Part shown: positions 29,798 to 39,012 of the stretch, piece after piece
Numbering within the stretch: the stretch's first letter is position 1
Layout: each line of letters begins with the position of its first letter
NCBI GenBank assembly: GCA_963770565.1
Contig: CAVYQE010000002.1
Location: 96,001-160,000 of the forward strand
Source: an uncultured Actinomycetota bacterium
GTDB taxonomy: Bacteria > Actinomycetota > Actinomycetes > JAFAQI01
Reading direction: 5' to 3'
Length of the DNA: 64,000 nucleotides
Made by a program: the position numbers and the translations under genes
The notes under the pieces: generated by a model
Told to the model about the DNA's origin: nothing
The model's input: the letters and a program-made list of their open reading frames with translations, nothing else
Database searches by the model: none

Positions 29798-31288
29798 CTA
29801 GTCAGCCAGTGGCAGCCGTACGACGAACGTCGTGTTGCCGGGCTGGCTCGACAGTGTGACGTCACCACCGTGGGCCCGCGCGACGGCGGCCACGATCGCC
29901 AGGCCGAGACCACTGCCGCCGGTCATCGGGGCCCGGCCCGGGTCGGCTCGGTAGAACCGCTCGAACACCCGCGGCTGCGCAGCTGCCGGGATGCCCGGTC
30001 CGTCATCGCTCACCCGCAGCACCGCGAACCGGCCCAGATCGTCCCGGGTCGCGGTCAACTGCACCGTGGTGCCAGGCGGGGTGTGAGTTCGTGCGTTCGT
30101 CAGCATGTTGGTCACCAGCTCGCGGAGCCGGTGGTCGTCACCCATGACGATGATCGGCTCCCGCGGCAGGTCGAGCAGCCAGTGATGGTCGCGGCTGGCC
30201 GCCTGAGCATCGTCTATCGCTTCGATCGCGAGCCGGCTCAGGTCGACGTCCTGGCGCTCGAGCGGGCGCCCGGCATCGAGTCGCGCCAGCAGCAACAGGT
30301 CGTCGACCAGCACCCCCATCCGCTCGGCCTCGGACTCGATCCGCGCCATCGCCGACAGCACCGGCTCCGGAAGCGGCTCGCGCAGCCGTCGCACCGATTC
30401 GGCGTGACCGCGGATGGCCGCGACCGGCGTTCGCAACTCGTGCGAGGCGTCGGCGATGAACTGCCGCAGCCGCTGCTCGGTGTCGCGGCGGGTCAGCAGG
30501 CTCGACTCGACGTGGTCGAGCATGTGGTTGAACGCGACCCCGAGCTGGCCGACCTCGGTGCCGGGCATCGGCGTCTGCACCCGATGCGACAGCTCCGGGT
30601 CGTCCTCGGCCAGCGACGACTCGCTGACCCGCCGCGCGGTCGCCGTGACCCGGGTCAGCGGTCGAAGCGAGAGCCCGATCAGCCATCCACCGGTTACCAC
30701 CGTGATCAGCAGTACGCCACCGAAGACCGCGAGCTCGACCACCAGCAGCTCCGCCAAGGTCTCGTGCAGTGGCTTCAAGGGCAGGCCGACCACGACCCGG
30801 TCGCCGTCTCGCAACGTCGCGGCGCGCAGGCGGTAGTCACCGAACAAGCCGAGATCGCGCGAGACGTAGCGACCGACCGGCAGCGCGACCAGAATCTGTC
30901 GCACGTCGGCTGGCGCGACCGGCGGGTGATGCCGGCCGACGATGCCGATCGTGCTCAGCTGAGTCCCGGTGATCCTGGCGCCCAGGGTTCCTTGGGCCTG
31001 CCCCCGCGCGTCGCCGAAGCCGTCGTCCGCGTCGTCGTCGCCGTCGTTGGTGACCAGCGAGCGGCCGGACTCGTCAGCGGCGGACACGTAACGGGCGCTC
31101 GCCGCGTTGACCTGTTGATCGAGGCGGCCGAGCAGGAAGCGGTTGAGCGCCAGGACGGTCACCAGCGCGATGACCGCGAACGCGCCGACCATCACCGCGA
31201 GGATGCTGGCGAGCACGCGGAACCGAAGAGTACGGCGCTCCCACCACGGCGTACCCACGGGCGTCTCGCGGCGTCGCCGACGGGTCAC
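29798..31288 (-). CDS. Sensor histidine kinase (HAMP-HisKA-HATPase), TcrY/PhoR-like
   Basis: FIADASHELRTP, NMLTNARTHT, DDGPGI, GSGLGLAIV. Confidence 0.95.
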   Translation of the reverse strand: MTRRRRRETPVGTPWWERRTLRFRVLASILAVMVGAFAVIALVTVLALNRFLLGRLDQQVNAASARYVSAADESGRSLVTNDGDDDADDGFGDARGQAQGTLGARITGTQLSTIGIVGRHHPPVAPADVRQILVALPVGRYVSRDLGLFGDYRLRAATLRDGDRVVVGLPLKPLHETLAELLVVELAVFGGVLLITVVTGGWLIGLSLRPLTRVTATARRVSESSLAEDDPELSHRVQTPMPGTEVGQLGVAFNHMLDHVESSLLTRRDTEQRLRQFIADASHELRTPVAAIRGHAESVRRLREPLPEPVLSAMARIESEAERMGVLVDDLLLLARLDAGRPLERQDVDLSRLAIEAIDDAQAASRDHHWLLDLPREPIIVMGDDHRLRELVTNMLTNARTHTPPGTTVQLTATRDDLGRFAVLRVSDDGPGIPAAAQPRVFERFYRADPGRAPMTGGSGLGLAIVAAVARAHGGDVTLSSQPGNTTFVVRLPLAD

Positions 31289-32037
31289 GACGGCGGACGG
31301 AGCACGTAGCCGGCCCCCCGAACCGTGTGGATCATCGGCGTCCGGCCAGCGTCCACCTTCTTGCGCAAGTAGGAGATGTAGAGCTCGACCACATGGGCCT
31401 GGCCGCCGAAGTCGTACTGCCAGACCCGGTCGAGGATCTGCGCCTTGCTCAGGACCCGCCGCGGGTTGTGCATGAGGTATCGGAGCAGTTCGAACTCGGT
31501 GCCGGTCAGGTCGATCGGAGTGCCGCCGCGCTGCACCTCGTGCGCGTCCTCGTCCAGGGTGAGGTCGCCGACCGAGAGGACCGATGAGCCGGCCGCCTGT
31601 GCCATGCCCATCCGCCGGAGCACACCGCGCAACCGCGCCAAGACCTCTTCGAGGCTGAACGGCTTGGTCACGTAGTCGTCACCACCGGCGGTGATGCCGG
31701 CGATCCGGTCTTCGACCGCGTCCCGCGCGGTGAGGAAGACCACGCAAACGGTCGGGTTGTCGGCCCGCAGCTTCGCCATGACCGCGATCCCGTCGATGTC
31801 CGGGAGCATCACGTCGAGGATCACGGCGTCGGGGCGGAACGTCCGCGCCACGTTCACCGCGTCAGCGCCGGTGCCGGCGGTTTCGACCGCCCAGCCCTCA
31901 TAGCGCAAGACCCGGGAGAGCAGTTCCGCCAGGCTGGGTTCGTCGTCGACGACCAGCACCCGGGCCGGCGTACCGTCCGCCCGGGTCAGCGCGGACGACG
32001 TGACTGCGGCCGTCGCGCCGCCCCGACGAGTGCTCAT
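31285..32037 (-). CDS. OmpR-family response regulator, TcrX/PhoP-like
   Basis: VLVVDDE, LDVMLPD, GGDDYVTKPF, VVELYISYLRKK. Confidence 0.95.
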   Translation of the reverse strand: MSTRRGGATAAVTSSALTRADGTPARVLVVDDEPSLAELLSRVLRYEGWAVETAGTGADAVNVARTFRPDAVILDVMLPDIDGIAVMAKLRADNPTVCVVFLTARDAVEDRIAGITAGGDDYVTKPFSLEEVLARLRGVLRRMGMAQAAGSSVLSVGDLTLDEDAHEVQRGGTPIDLTGTEFELLRYLMHNPRRVLSKAQILDRVWQYDFGGQAHVVELYISYLRKKVDAGRTPMIHTVRGAGYVLRPPS

Positions 32038-32075
32038 CCGTCCAGAATGGCCCGCCGCGACCCCGAATTGTCCGC

Positions 32076-32169
32076 GTGAACCTCTGAATCTGCGCTGAGG
32101 AGCCTCGGGGTCTGCTATCCGGTTTGTACGGAAATTCGATTAGTTTTCAGCGCTGGGTCAGAAGTTCAC
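32076..32169. promoter_or_regulatory. Two inverted copies of an OmpR-type direct-repeat box
   Basis: TCAGCGCTGGGTCAGAAGTTCAC (+, 32147-32169) and TCAGCGCAGATTCAGAGGTTCAC (-, 32076-32098), 19/23 identical; each has TCAG at 11-bp spacing. Confidence 0.7.
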
Positions 32170-32185
32170 CGGGCATCGTGAGGAC

Positions 32186-33559
32186 GTGACCACGACGCTT
32201 CCGACCCGCCAGCTCGAGGCGCGGCGGATCCGGCCGGCCCGGGGCACCCATCAGGCCCGGGCCGCAGCCTTGCTGTTCGCGATCGGGCTCGGCGCGCTCG
32301 CGGTCCTCGGCTTGTGGTGGCACGACACGACGTCGATTAGTGGCCTTGGCGCCTGGCTGACCAATGCCGGGCGGGTGACCGGCCTGCTCGCCGGCTACGG
32401 ACTCGCCGTACTGCTGGTCTTGATGTCTCGCGCACCGTTCCTCGAACACGGCCTCGGCGCCGACACCCTCGCGCGCTGGCACGCGCACGGCGGCCGCTAC
32501 ACGGTCTCCCTGATCGTCGCGCACGGCCTGCTCATCGTCTGGGGCTACGCGGTCGTTGCGCATACCAACGTGGTCCACCAGACCGACACCCTGCTGTTGA
32601 GCTATCCCGACGTCCTGATGGCGACGGTGGCCGGCCTGATGTTCGTCGGGATCGGCGTGGTCTCGGCCCGTGCGGCTCGCGCGCGGCTGAGCTACGAGAC
32701 CTGGTACCACCTGCACCTCTACACCTACCTCGCGATCGCGCTGGCGTTCAGCCACCAGTTCTCGACCGGCGCGGACTTCGTCGCCAACTGGCGGGCCAGG
32801 GCACTGTGGTCGGCGTTGTACATCGGCGCTGCGGGCCTCGTGGTCTGGTATCGGATCTGCGTCCCGATCAGGGGCGCGTTCCGCCACCAGATGCGGGTGA
32901 CCGAGATCCGCCGCGAGGCCGGTGGCGTGATCTCGATCATCATCACCGGCCGCGATCTCGACGAGCTCCGCGCCGAGGCGGGCCAGTTCTTCCGCTGGCG
33001 GTTCCTGACCCGGGACGGCTGGTGGCAGTCGCATCCGTTCTCGCTGTCGGCGCCGCCGCATTGGCAGTTCCTCCGGATCACGGTCAAGAACCTCGGCGAC
33101 CACAGCAACGACCTCCAACGCCTCAAGGTCGGGACCCGGGTGCTGGCCGAAGGCCCGTACGGCGCGATGACCGCACGTCGTCGACGCCGGCGCAAGGTCC
33201 TGCTGGTCGCCGGCGGGGTCGGCATCACCCCGCTCCGTGCGTTGTTCGAGGAGATCCCGGCTCGGGCCGGTGACCTCACGCTGCTCGTCCGGGCGAACCG
33301 CGAGGACGAGATCGTGTTCCGCGACGAGATCGACGAGATCGCCACTCGCCGAGGGGCGAACGTGGTCTACGCGGTCGGTCCGCCCGGCTCGCCGGACGAC
33401 CCGTTCGTGACCGGACGACTGGGCCGGGTCGTGCCCGACATCAAGCACCACGACGTCTTTCTGTGCGGGCCGCCGGCCTTCATGGCGGTCGCATCGCGCT
33501 GCATCAGACGATGCGGGGTTCCCTCTCGACACCTTCATCGCGAACATTTCGCGTTCTGA
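32186..33559 (+). CDS. Ferric-reductase-like TM domain fused to an FAD/NAD(P)H-binding (FNR) domain
   Basis: Heme His pairs (RWHAHGG...VAHG; WYHLH...FSHQ), HPFSLS, EGPYG, AGGVGITP, LCGPP. Confidence 0.9.
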   Translation: MTTTLPTRQLEARRIRPARGTHQARAAALLFAIGLGALAVLGLWWHDTTSISGLGAWLTNAGRVTGLLAGYGLAVLLVLMSRAPFLEHGLGADTLARWHAHGGRYTVSLIVAHGLLIVWGYAVVAHTNVVHQTDTLLLSYPDVLMATVAGLMFVGIGVVSARAARARLSYETWYHLHLYTYLAIALAFSHQFSTGADFVANWRARALWSALYIGAAGLVVWYRICVPIRGAFRHQMRVTEIRREAGGVISIIITGRDLDELRAEAGQFFRWRFLTRDGWWQSHPFSLSAPPHWQFLRITVKNLGDHSNDLQRLKVGTRVLAEGPYGAMTARRRRRRKVLLVAGGVGITPLRALFEEIPARAGDLTLLVRANREDEIVFRDEIDEIATRRGANVVYAVGPPGSPDDPFVTGRLGRVVPDIKHHDVFLCGPPAFMAVASRCIRRCGVPSRHLHREHFAF

Positions 33560-33576
33560 CCAAAGGAGATAACACC

Positions 33577-34110
33577 GTGCGGCGAGTCGCCGTCGCTCTT
33601 GTCGCGACGATTACCGGGCTGGTACTGCTGCTGCAGTTCAAAGTCCATCCCACCACTGGAGTGGTGGCGCTCGCGGCTGGCCCCACGCCGACCACGCGGT
33701 CGTCCACGGTGGTGCATCCGCGGCACCACCACGTGCGCCCCGCGCCGCTGCTGCCATCGAGCCATCCCGCGACGTCACCGGCCCACACGCCGTCGTCGAC
33801 ACCATCGAGCCACCACCAGCAGTCGATCACCGCAGCGGCACCGAAGACGATCGTCGGGCAGACCGTTCAGACCGCGTTCGGGCCGGTTCAGGTCAAGATC
33901 GTCGAAACCAGTGGCCGGCTGACCGACATCACCGCGCTGCAGCTCCCGAGCGACAACTCGCACTCGGCACAGATCGCGGCCGTTGCCGTGCCGATCCTGC
34001 GGGCGGAGGCGCTGAGGGCCAACAGCGCGCGCATCGACGTGGTGTCCGGTGCGACGTACACCAGTGACGGGTACGCCCAATCGCTGCAGAGCGCACTCGA
34101 CAAGGCCTGA
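33577..34110 (+). CDS. Membrane-anchored FMN-binding (flavinylated) protein
   Basis: N-terminal TM, Pro/Thr/His linker, FGPVQV and the flavinylation motif DVVSGATYTS. Confidence 0.9.
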   Translation: MRRVAVALVATITGLVLLLQFKVHPTTGVVALAAGPTPTTRSSTVVHPRHHHVRPAPLLPSSHPATSPAHTPSSTPSSHHQQSITAAAPKTIVGQTVQTAFGPVQVKIVETSGRLTDITALQLPSDNSHSAQIAAVAVPILRAEALRANSARIDVVSGATYTSDGYAQSLQSALDKA

Positions 34111-34117
34111 ACCCGCC

Positions 34118-34912
34118 ATGCTCGACGCCCCTCGGTTGACGGTCGCGCGATCCGCCGGCAGTCCGATGGTGCAGGGCCGGCACACCGTGTCGGTCATGGG
34201 CACCGTGGTGTCGTTCGACCTCCGCGACCCGGTGCCGAGCTCGGCGCTCGCCGACGCGACCCGTGCGCTGCATCGGGCCGACGAGCTGTTCTCGACGTAC
34301 AAGGCAAACAGCCCGATCTCGCGACTCGGGCGCGCCGAGATCACCTTCGACCAGTGCCCACCCGACGTGGTCGAGGTGCTCAACCTGTGCGAGCGAGCGA
34401 CCGGCTGGACGAACGGTTACTTCGACGCGTACGCCAGCGGTCGCCTGGACCCCAGCGGGCTGGTCAAAGGCTGGGCGATCCGCCAGGCGAGCGACATCCT
34501 CAGCGATGCCGGGTCGCGGCACCACAGCGTGAACGGCGGCGGCGATATCCAGTTCGCCGGCGGCACCGACGACGGGACGCCGTGGCACGTGGGCATCGCC
34601 GATCCCCATTCACCGGACCAGCTGCTGGCGGTGCTCGAAACGGTCGGTGGCGCGATCGCGACGTCGGGATCAGGCGAGCGCGGCCCTCACATCACCGACC
34701 CGCGGACCGGGCAGCCCGCAACGCACTTCCTGAGCGTGACCATCGTGGCGGAGTCGATCGTCGACGCCGACGTTATCGCCACCGCAGCCTTCGCACGTGG
34801 CGGGTCGGCGGTCGACTGGGTGTGCCGGCTGGACGGGGTCGAGGGACTTTTCCTCACGACCGGCTTGCATCTGCTGGCAACCCCCGGCCTACCACTCGTG
34901 CAGCCGGACTGA
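34118..34912 (+). CDS. apbE: FAD:protein FMN transferase
   Basis: VMGTVVS, LFSTYK..SPISRL, DPSGLVKGWA, NGGGDI, IATSG, HITDPRTG, ADVIATA. Confidence 0.92.
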   Translation: MLDAPRLTVARSAGSPMVQGRHTVSVMGTVVSFDLRDPVPSSALADATRALHRADELFSTYKANSPISRLGRAEITFDQCPPDVVEVLNLCERATGWTNGYFDAYASGRLDPSGLVKGWAIRQASDILSDAGSRHHSVNGGGDIQFAGGTDDGTPWHVGIADPHSPDQLLAVLETVGGAIATSGSGERGPHITDPRTGQPATHFLSVTIVAESIVDADVIATAAFARGGSAVDWVCRLDGVEGLFLTTGLHLLATPGLPLVQPD

Positions 34913-34931
34913 CCACGTCACCATCGACGCG

Positions 34932-36422
34932 CTAGGCGACTAGTTCGGCTTGGCGAAGGACGTCGTATACGCGGGCGGCGTAGTTTCCGAAGCTGTCGTT
35001 GAGGGCGGTGCGGACTTCGGTGTATTCCTCTTCGTTGAGTGGCGGTGGCTGCGGGAAGAGATCGACCGGATCGCGTGGGTCGGTCCGGTCCGGTGGGTCG
35101 GGCGGGTCGACGAGGTCGGGCGGGTCTGTCTGGTCGGGTGGGTCGGGCAGGTCGATCGGGTAGGTGGCCGGAGGCCGGCGGTATTGGAAGCCGAGCGCGG
35201 AGGTGAACACCTCGGTCCCGTCGGGCTCGATATCGACTCGCCATGCTTTGCGGGTCTTGATGTCGTGATGCATCGGGCACATCAGGTGCAGGTTCGCTTC
35301 GTCGGTCCCGCCCAGCGGCCACGCGACCCGATGGTCGATGTCGCAGCTGGTCGCGCGCCGGGAGCAGCCGATGTGACGGCAGGTCCGATCCCGCGCCTCG
35401 ATCAGCCGTCGAAGCCCGGCCGACGGGCGGTAGCGGTCGCGGCCCAGGTCGAGCATCCGGCCATCGAGGGGATCTGTGACCAGTCGCCGCAGCCACGCCT
35501 GTTTCGACAGCTCTCGCGCGTACTCGGCGGTGATCGGGCCGTAGCCGGAGAGCTCACCAGGACGCTGGGTGAGCCCGAGCAGGGTGGTCAGGTCGACGGT
35601 GACCACGGTCTCGACGACCGGTCGCCGGGCTGCGTCGCTGCCGAGCACCAAATCGGCGAGGGCATCCATCCGACGGTGCCCAATCGGGCGGGTGTCGCCT
35701 TCCCGCCCGAGCTCGGCCGCGCGGATCTCAATCGCATCGCTGACCCGGAGCACCTGCCCGGCGGCGCCGACCGCGACAAGGCTCGCGGTGTCGTCCACCC
35801 CCGGATACAAGCGAACGTCGGCGTCGGCCTTCGCTGCCGCGGCGCGATCCGCGGCCGCCACCGGATCAAGGGCCATCAGCGCCTTCACCGCTGCCCGCAT
35901 CAGCTGAGTCGGGGTCCACCCGCGAAGGATCGCCGTAGGCAGCACGCGGCTCTCGACAGCCGCGGCGACCCGCGGTGTCGCGACGCCCACCACCCTGGCC
36001 AATGCCTTGAGATGGGCCAGGCTGATCTCGCCGCGGTCGAGCGCAACCCAGGACGCCGGCAGTTGCTCTGCGACCTGGTCAGCCAATGCCACCCGCGCCA
36101 GCGAGGTCGAGTACGGCATGCTCGACATCGCAGCCAACTCGTGCCCGATCAACCGTGACGCATCAACACCGAAGCCCTCGGCAAGCAGGTCGGCAGAATT
36201 GACCGCCTCAACCGTCGGGATCATCGACTGCGCCTCGCAATGCGCCGCGAACCGCAACCACAACACGGTCGCCCGGACCGCACCCGCACTATCCATCGGG
36301 GTGGCCCGCAGCGCGACCAGACCGGCATACAACCCGACCCCGACCGCCAGCTGCTCGAGCTCGTCCAGCTTCACCGCGGCCCGCGCGTACAGCACCTGGT
36401 TCGTCGGGTGGATCGGCTCCAT
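34932..36422 (-). CDS. DUF222 + HNH endonuclease (13E12/Rv1128c-like family)
   Basis: RRMDALADL, LSGYGPI, RRLVTDP, RDRTCRHIGC...DIDHRVAW..GGTDEANLHLMCPMHHDIKT; DPPD-repeat tail. Confidence 0.9.
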   Translation of the reverse strand: MEPIHPTNQVLYARAAVKLDELEQLAVGVGLYAGLVALRATPMDSAGAVRATVLWLRFAAHCEAQSMIPTVEAVNSADLLAEGFGVDASRLIGHELAAMSSMPYSTSLARVALADQVAEQLPASWVALDRGEISLAHLKALARVVGVATPRVAAAVESRVLPTAILRGWTPTQLMRAAVKALMALDPVAAADRAAAAKADADVRLYPGVDDTASLVAVGAAGQVLRVSDAIEIRAAELGREGDTRPIGHRRMDALADLVLGSDAARRPVVETVVTVDLTTLLGLTQRPGELSGYGPITAEYARELSKQAWLRRLVTDPLDGRMLDLGRDRYRPSAGLRRLIEARDRTCRHIGCSRRATSCDIDHRVAWPLGGTDEANLHLMCPMHHDIKTRKAWRVDIEPDGTEVFTSALGFQYRRPPATYPIDLPDPPDQTDPPDLVDPPDPPDRTDPRDPVDLFPQPPPLNEEEYTEVRTALNDSFGNYAARVYDVLRQAELVA

Positions 36423-36425
36423 CAC

Positions 36426-36441
36426 TCGAACATACGTTCGA
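36426..36441. promoter_or_regulatory. LexA (SOS) box
   Basis: TCGAACATACGTTCGA matches the actinobacterial consensus TCGAAC-N4-GTTCGA; 3 bp upstream of the DUF222-HNH ATG. Confidence 0.92.
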
Positions 36442-36489
36442 CCCGAGAACGCGTCAAGACCGCATCCACAACCTGTCGATGGCATCGGA

Positions 36490-38370
36490 TCACCGAGGCC
36501 GGCGGACCCCTCCAACGCCGATCAACGACGCCAGGAGCGCCTGCGTTTCAGGGTCAACCGAGTGGACGACTGTGCCGACCATGCCACGCGTCAGCAAGAC
36601 CTTGTACACGTTGCGAAGCAGGGCATGCGCCTGCTCAGGCGGCACGCCCCGAAGTGCTGGATCCTTCGACCCTTGCGGCTGCACGACCCACCGATCCTTG
36701 CGCCACACCAGATCCGGCCCGAAGATCACGCCGTTCCAGTCGTACTCGAAGCCTTGTGCCGTGTAGATGCAGCCGACTTGTCCGAAGCCAGCCGGGTCGG
36801 TCGCCCACAGACTGGCCGGCGGGTAACCGCCTACGCTTCGATCACCTCGCAGATTCCACGGATGTCGCCACGCACCGATGACAACGTCATCCACAAGCGT
36901 GCCGTCGGGTCGAGGGTCGCTCCACGGCCAGCAGAAACCAGCCGTCATTCGCGCACCGTAGGCCTCGGCCGTCTTCGACTGCAGCAGTTGTTCGAGCTCA
37001 GGCGGGGACTGGACAAGGCGCACGTCGAAATAGGTGTCGCCTGCCCATGAGATCGGCCCGCCGGGCTCGAGTCCGAGCAGGCGAAGCACCCACTCCTCAT
37101 AAGCACGCGACCCGCCACAGCGAAACTGCGCGTCGAGCGAGACCTCGACGACCTGCAGACCAAGTTCGTCGGCCTGGTCCCTAATGAGCCTCGGCGTACC
37201 CGTCTCCCCAGGCCGGACGACCTGGTGTTCGTCGAGCATGAACACGGGCACGCGCGCCGCGTCGATAAGTTCGCGGACCTGGGCTTTACCCGTGCGCATT
37301 TCTGCCCGGGTGTAGCGGTTCGCTGAGGTCTCGCGCATCCGGTGTGCCTCATCGCAGATCAGCACGTCGAACCCATTGCGCTCGGCTGCCATGAAACTGT
37401 TGAAGTACTTGAACAACGCCTTCACTCGGGGGTTGCGATGACCCGCCACCTTGCGCAGGGTCTCGGTGAAGGACTTCGACCCCGTCGCGTGCATTGCCGA
37501 GCGGCCCTGCCGCCACAGCTCGCCAAGCAACGACAGCGCGATGACGCTCTTGCCTGATCCGGGCCCGCCGGTGATGAGAACGATCTGCTTGGCATCCGAC
37601 GCCCGAGCGTGCTCGACCGCAGTGAGGACGAGACGGTACGCAACCTGCTGCTCATCGAGGAGGGTGAACTGCTCCCTCATCTGAACCTCGTCCGCCGCCA
37701 CCTTGAGCAGTTGGCGGCTCGGCGCCACCTTGCTCGAGAGGAGAAGATCCGCTGCTTCTGCCCCGGGATCGGGCGCGAGTCGCGATTGGAGGAACTCCAG
37801 AAAGTCGCCTCGCCGCTCACGGGTGAAGAGCCGGCCGTACGTGTCCTCGGGCAGTGCCCGCAGGCTGCTGATCCCGAACTCGGTGGCGTTGTGCAGGTAC
37901 GCCGCTCCGGCGACCGGGTCGACTGCCTCCGCCCATGCGCCGGTGAAGTCGGCGAGGAACGAACAGTAGCGGCGTACTTGTTCAGCGGGGTGGAGAACGG
38001 GGTGCCGGCCGTATGCCTCGATGTAACACAGGTCGTCGGCATCCTCGTGACCCTCGGCCTGGCTCCACTGCTTGAGCTCAACGAGGACATAGGACGGCGC
38101 ACCGGTCTTCGGATGCACCCCTGCGAGGAGCGCGTCGACCCGCTTGCTTGACAGCGGCAACTGGAACTCTGCCAGCACCTCGATCTGGCTCAGCCCGGCG
38201 TCGTGAAGATCGTCGGCGAGCACGGGAAGGCTCCGCTCCCAGGATCGCACCTCGGACTCCGCCGCCCTGCGTCCGAGCGCGAACGCGTACTGCTCCGAGA
38301 GATGCTGTGCCAATCGCCCTGCCTGAGCCTCCGACCGCAGCGACTCGGCCGACGCGCGGAACAGAAGCAC
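36490..38370 (-). CDS. DUF2075 (Schlafen group-3-like SF1 helicase) with an N-terminal PD-(D/E)xK-like nuclease domain
   Basis: EFQLP..SKRVD...LVELKQW; Walker A GGPGSGKS; Walker B LICDEAH; QFRCGGS, GCIYTAQGFEYD, YKVLLTRG. Confidence 0.88.
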   Translation of the reverse strand: MLLFRASAESLRSEAQAGRLAQHLSEQYAFALGRRAAESEVRSWERSLPVLADDLHDAGLSQIEVLAEFQLPLSSKRVDALLAGVHPKTGAPSYVLVELKQWSQAEGHEDADDLCYIEAYGRHPVLHPAEQVRRYCSFLADFTGAWAEAVDPVAGAAYLHNATEFGISSLRALPEDTYGRLFTRERRGDFLEFLQSRLAPDPGAEAADLLLSSKVAPSRQLLKVAADEVQMREQFTLLDEQQVAYRLVLTAVEHARASDAKQIVLITGGPGSGKSVIALSLLGELWRQGRSAMHATGSKSFTETLRKVAGHRNPRVKALFKYFNSFMAAERNGFDVLICDEAHRMRETSANRYTRAEMRTGKAQVRELIDAARVPVFMLDEHQVVRPGETGTPRLIRDQADELGLQVVEVSLDAQFRCGGSRAYEEWVLRLLGLEPGGPISWAGDTYFDVRLVQSPPELEQLLQSKTAEAYGARMTAGFCWPWSDPRPDGTLVDDVVIGAWRHPWNLRGDRSVGGYPPASLWATDPAGFGQVGCIYTAQGFEYDWNGVIFGPDLVWRKDRWVVQPQGSKDPALRGVPPEQAHALLRNVYKVLLTRGMVGTVVHSVDPETQALLASLIGVGGVRRPR

Positions 38371-38550
38371 CGGACTCCCCAGGCAGCACGAACCAGTCGC
38401 GCGGGTGGGGGCATGTCCGGCAAGGAAGCCCGTCGGGCCGCAGTGCGAGCAACCTTATCCACTGGGACCGAGCCATCCACAGATGTTGCACGGGCCGCCG
38501 CCGGCTCGCGTCTCCCAGGCGAACCTGCAGAGGTCGTGGTCGTTGCAGCT

Positions 38551-38931
38551 ATGTCGGAGGTATCGGTGGGCTCATGGCTCGACAAACGGGTCGACGAGGT
38601 CCGTTCGCTCACAACGCACGCCGACGACGGTTCCTTGTGGATCATGTTGTTCGAGGACCCGTACGGCGCTCCCGTCGTGGCGACGACCGTCGATGGTGCG
38701 ATGGCACAGCTGGACGATGTTCTGCTTCGCAACATTGCGTGGATCCTCGGCGAACTTTCTGCGAAGGCGACATTGCTGTTCATTCCGCGAGCCGACGGCC
38801 GCCCAAGGGCAGTGGACCGCTGGCTCTGGCCCGAGCTACAGCGCCGTGTGCACGGGACGATCGAACTTCTCGACCTGGTCGTGGTTGGACCCGCAGGCTA
38901 CTGGTCAGCGCGGGCCGCGCCGATGCTCTGA
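38551..38931 (+). CDS. Hypothetical protein resembling a degenerate RadC/JAB domain
   Basis: C-terminus PRAVD...IELLDLVVVGPAGYWSA resembles RadC PSxxD...LLDHIIIG...YxS; HxH absent. Confidence 0.5.
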   Translation: MSEVSVGSWLDKRVDEVRSLTTHADDGSLWIMLFEDPYGAPVVATTVDGAMAQLDDVLLRNIAWILGELSAKATLLFIPRADGRPRAVDRWLWPELQRRVHGTIELLDLVVVGPAGYWSARAAPML

Positions 38932-39012
38932 CCGCCCCAGTTCGCCGTAGGGGATGACAAGTCGCCGCTGACGAGGTGGGATGGCGGCGCAATCCGTCGA
39001 GATGGGGCACGG

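Noticed and set aside
35066-35160. GGGTC-rich short repeats as a DNA element
   Set aside because: They encode the low-complexity DPPD tail of the HNH protein.
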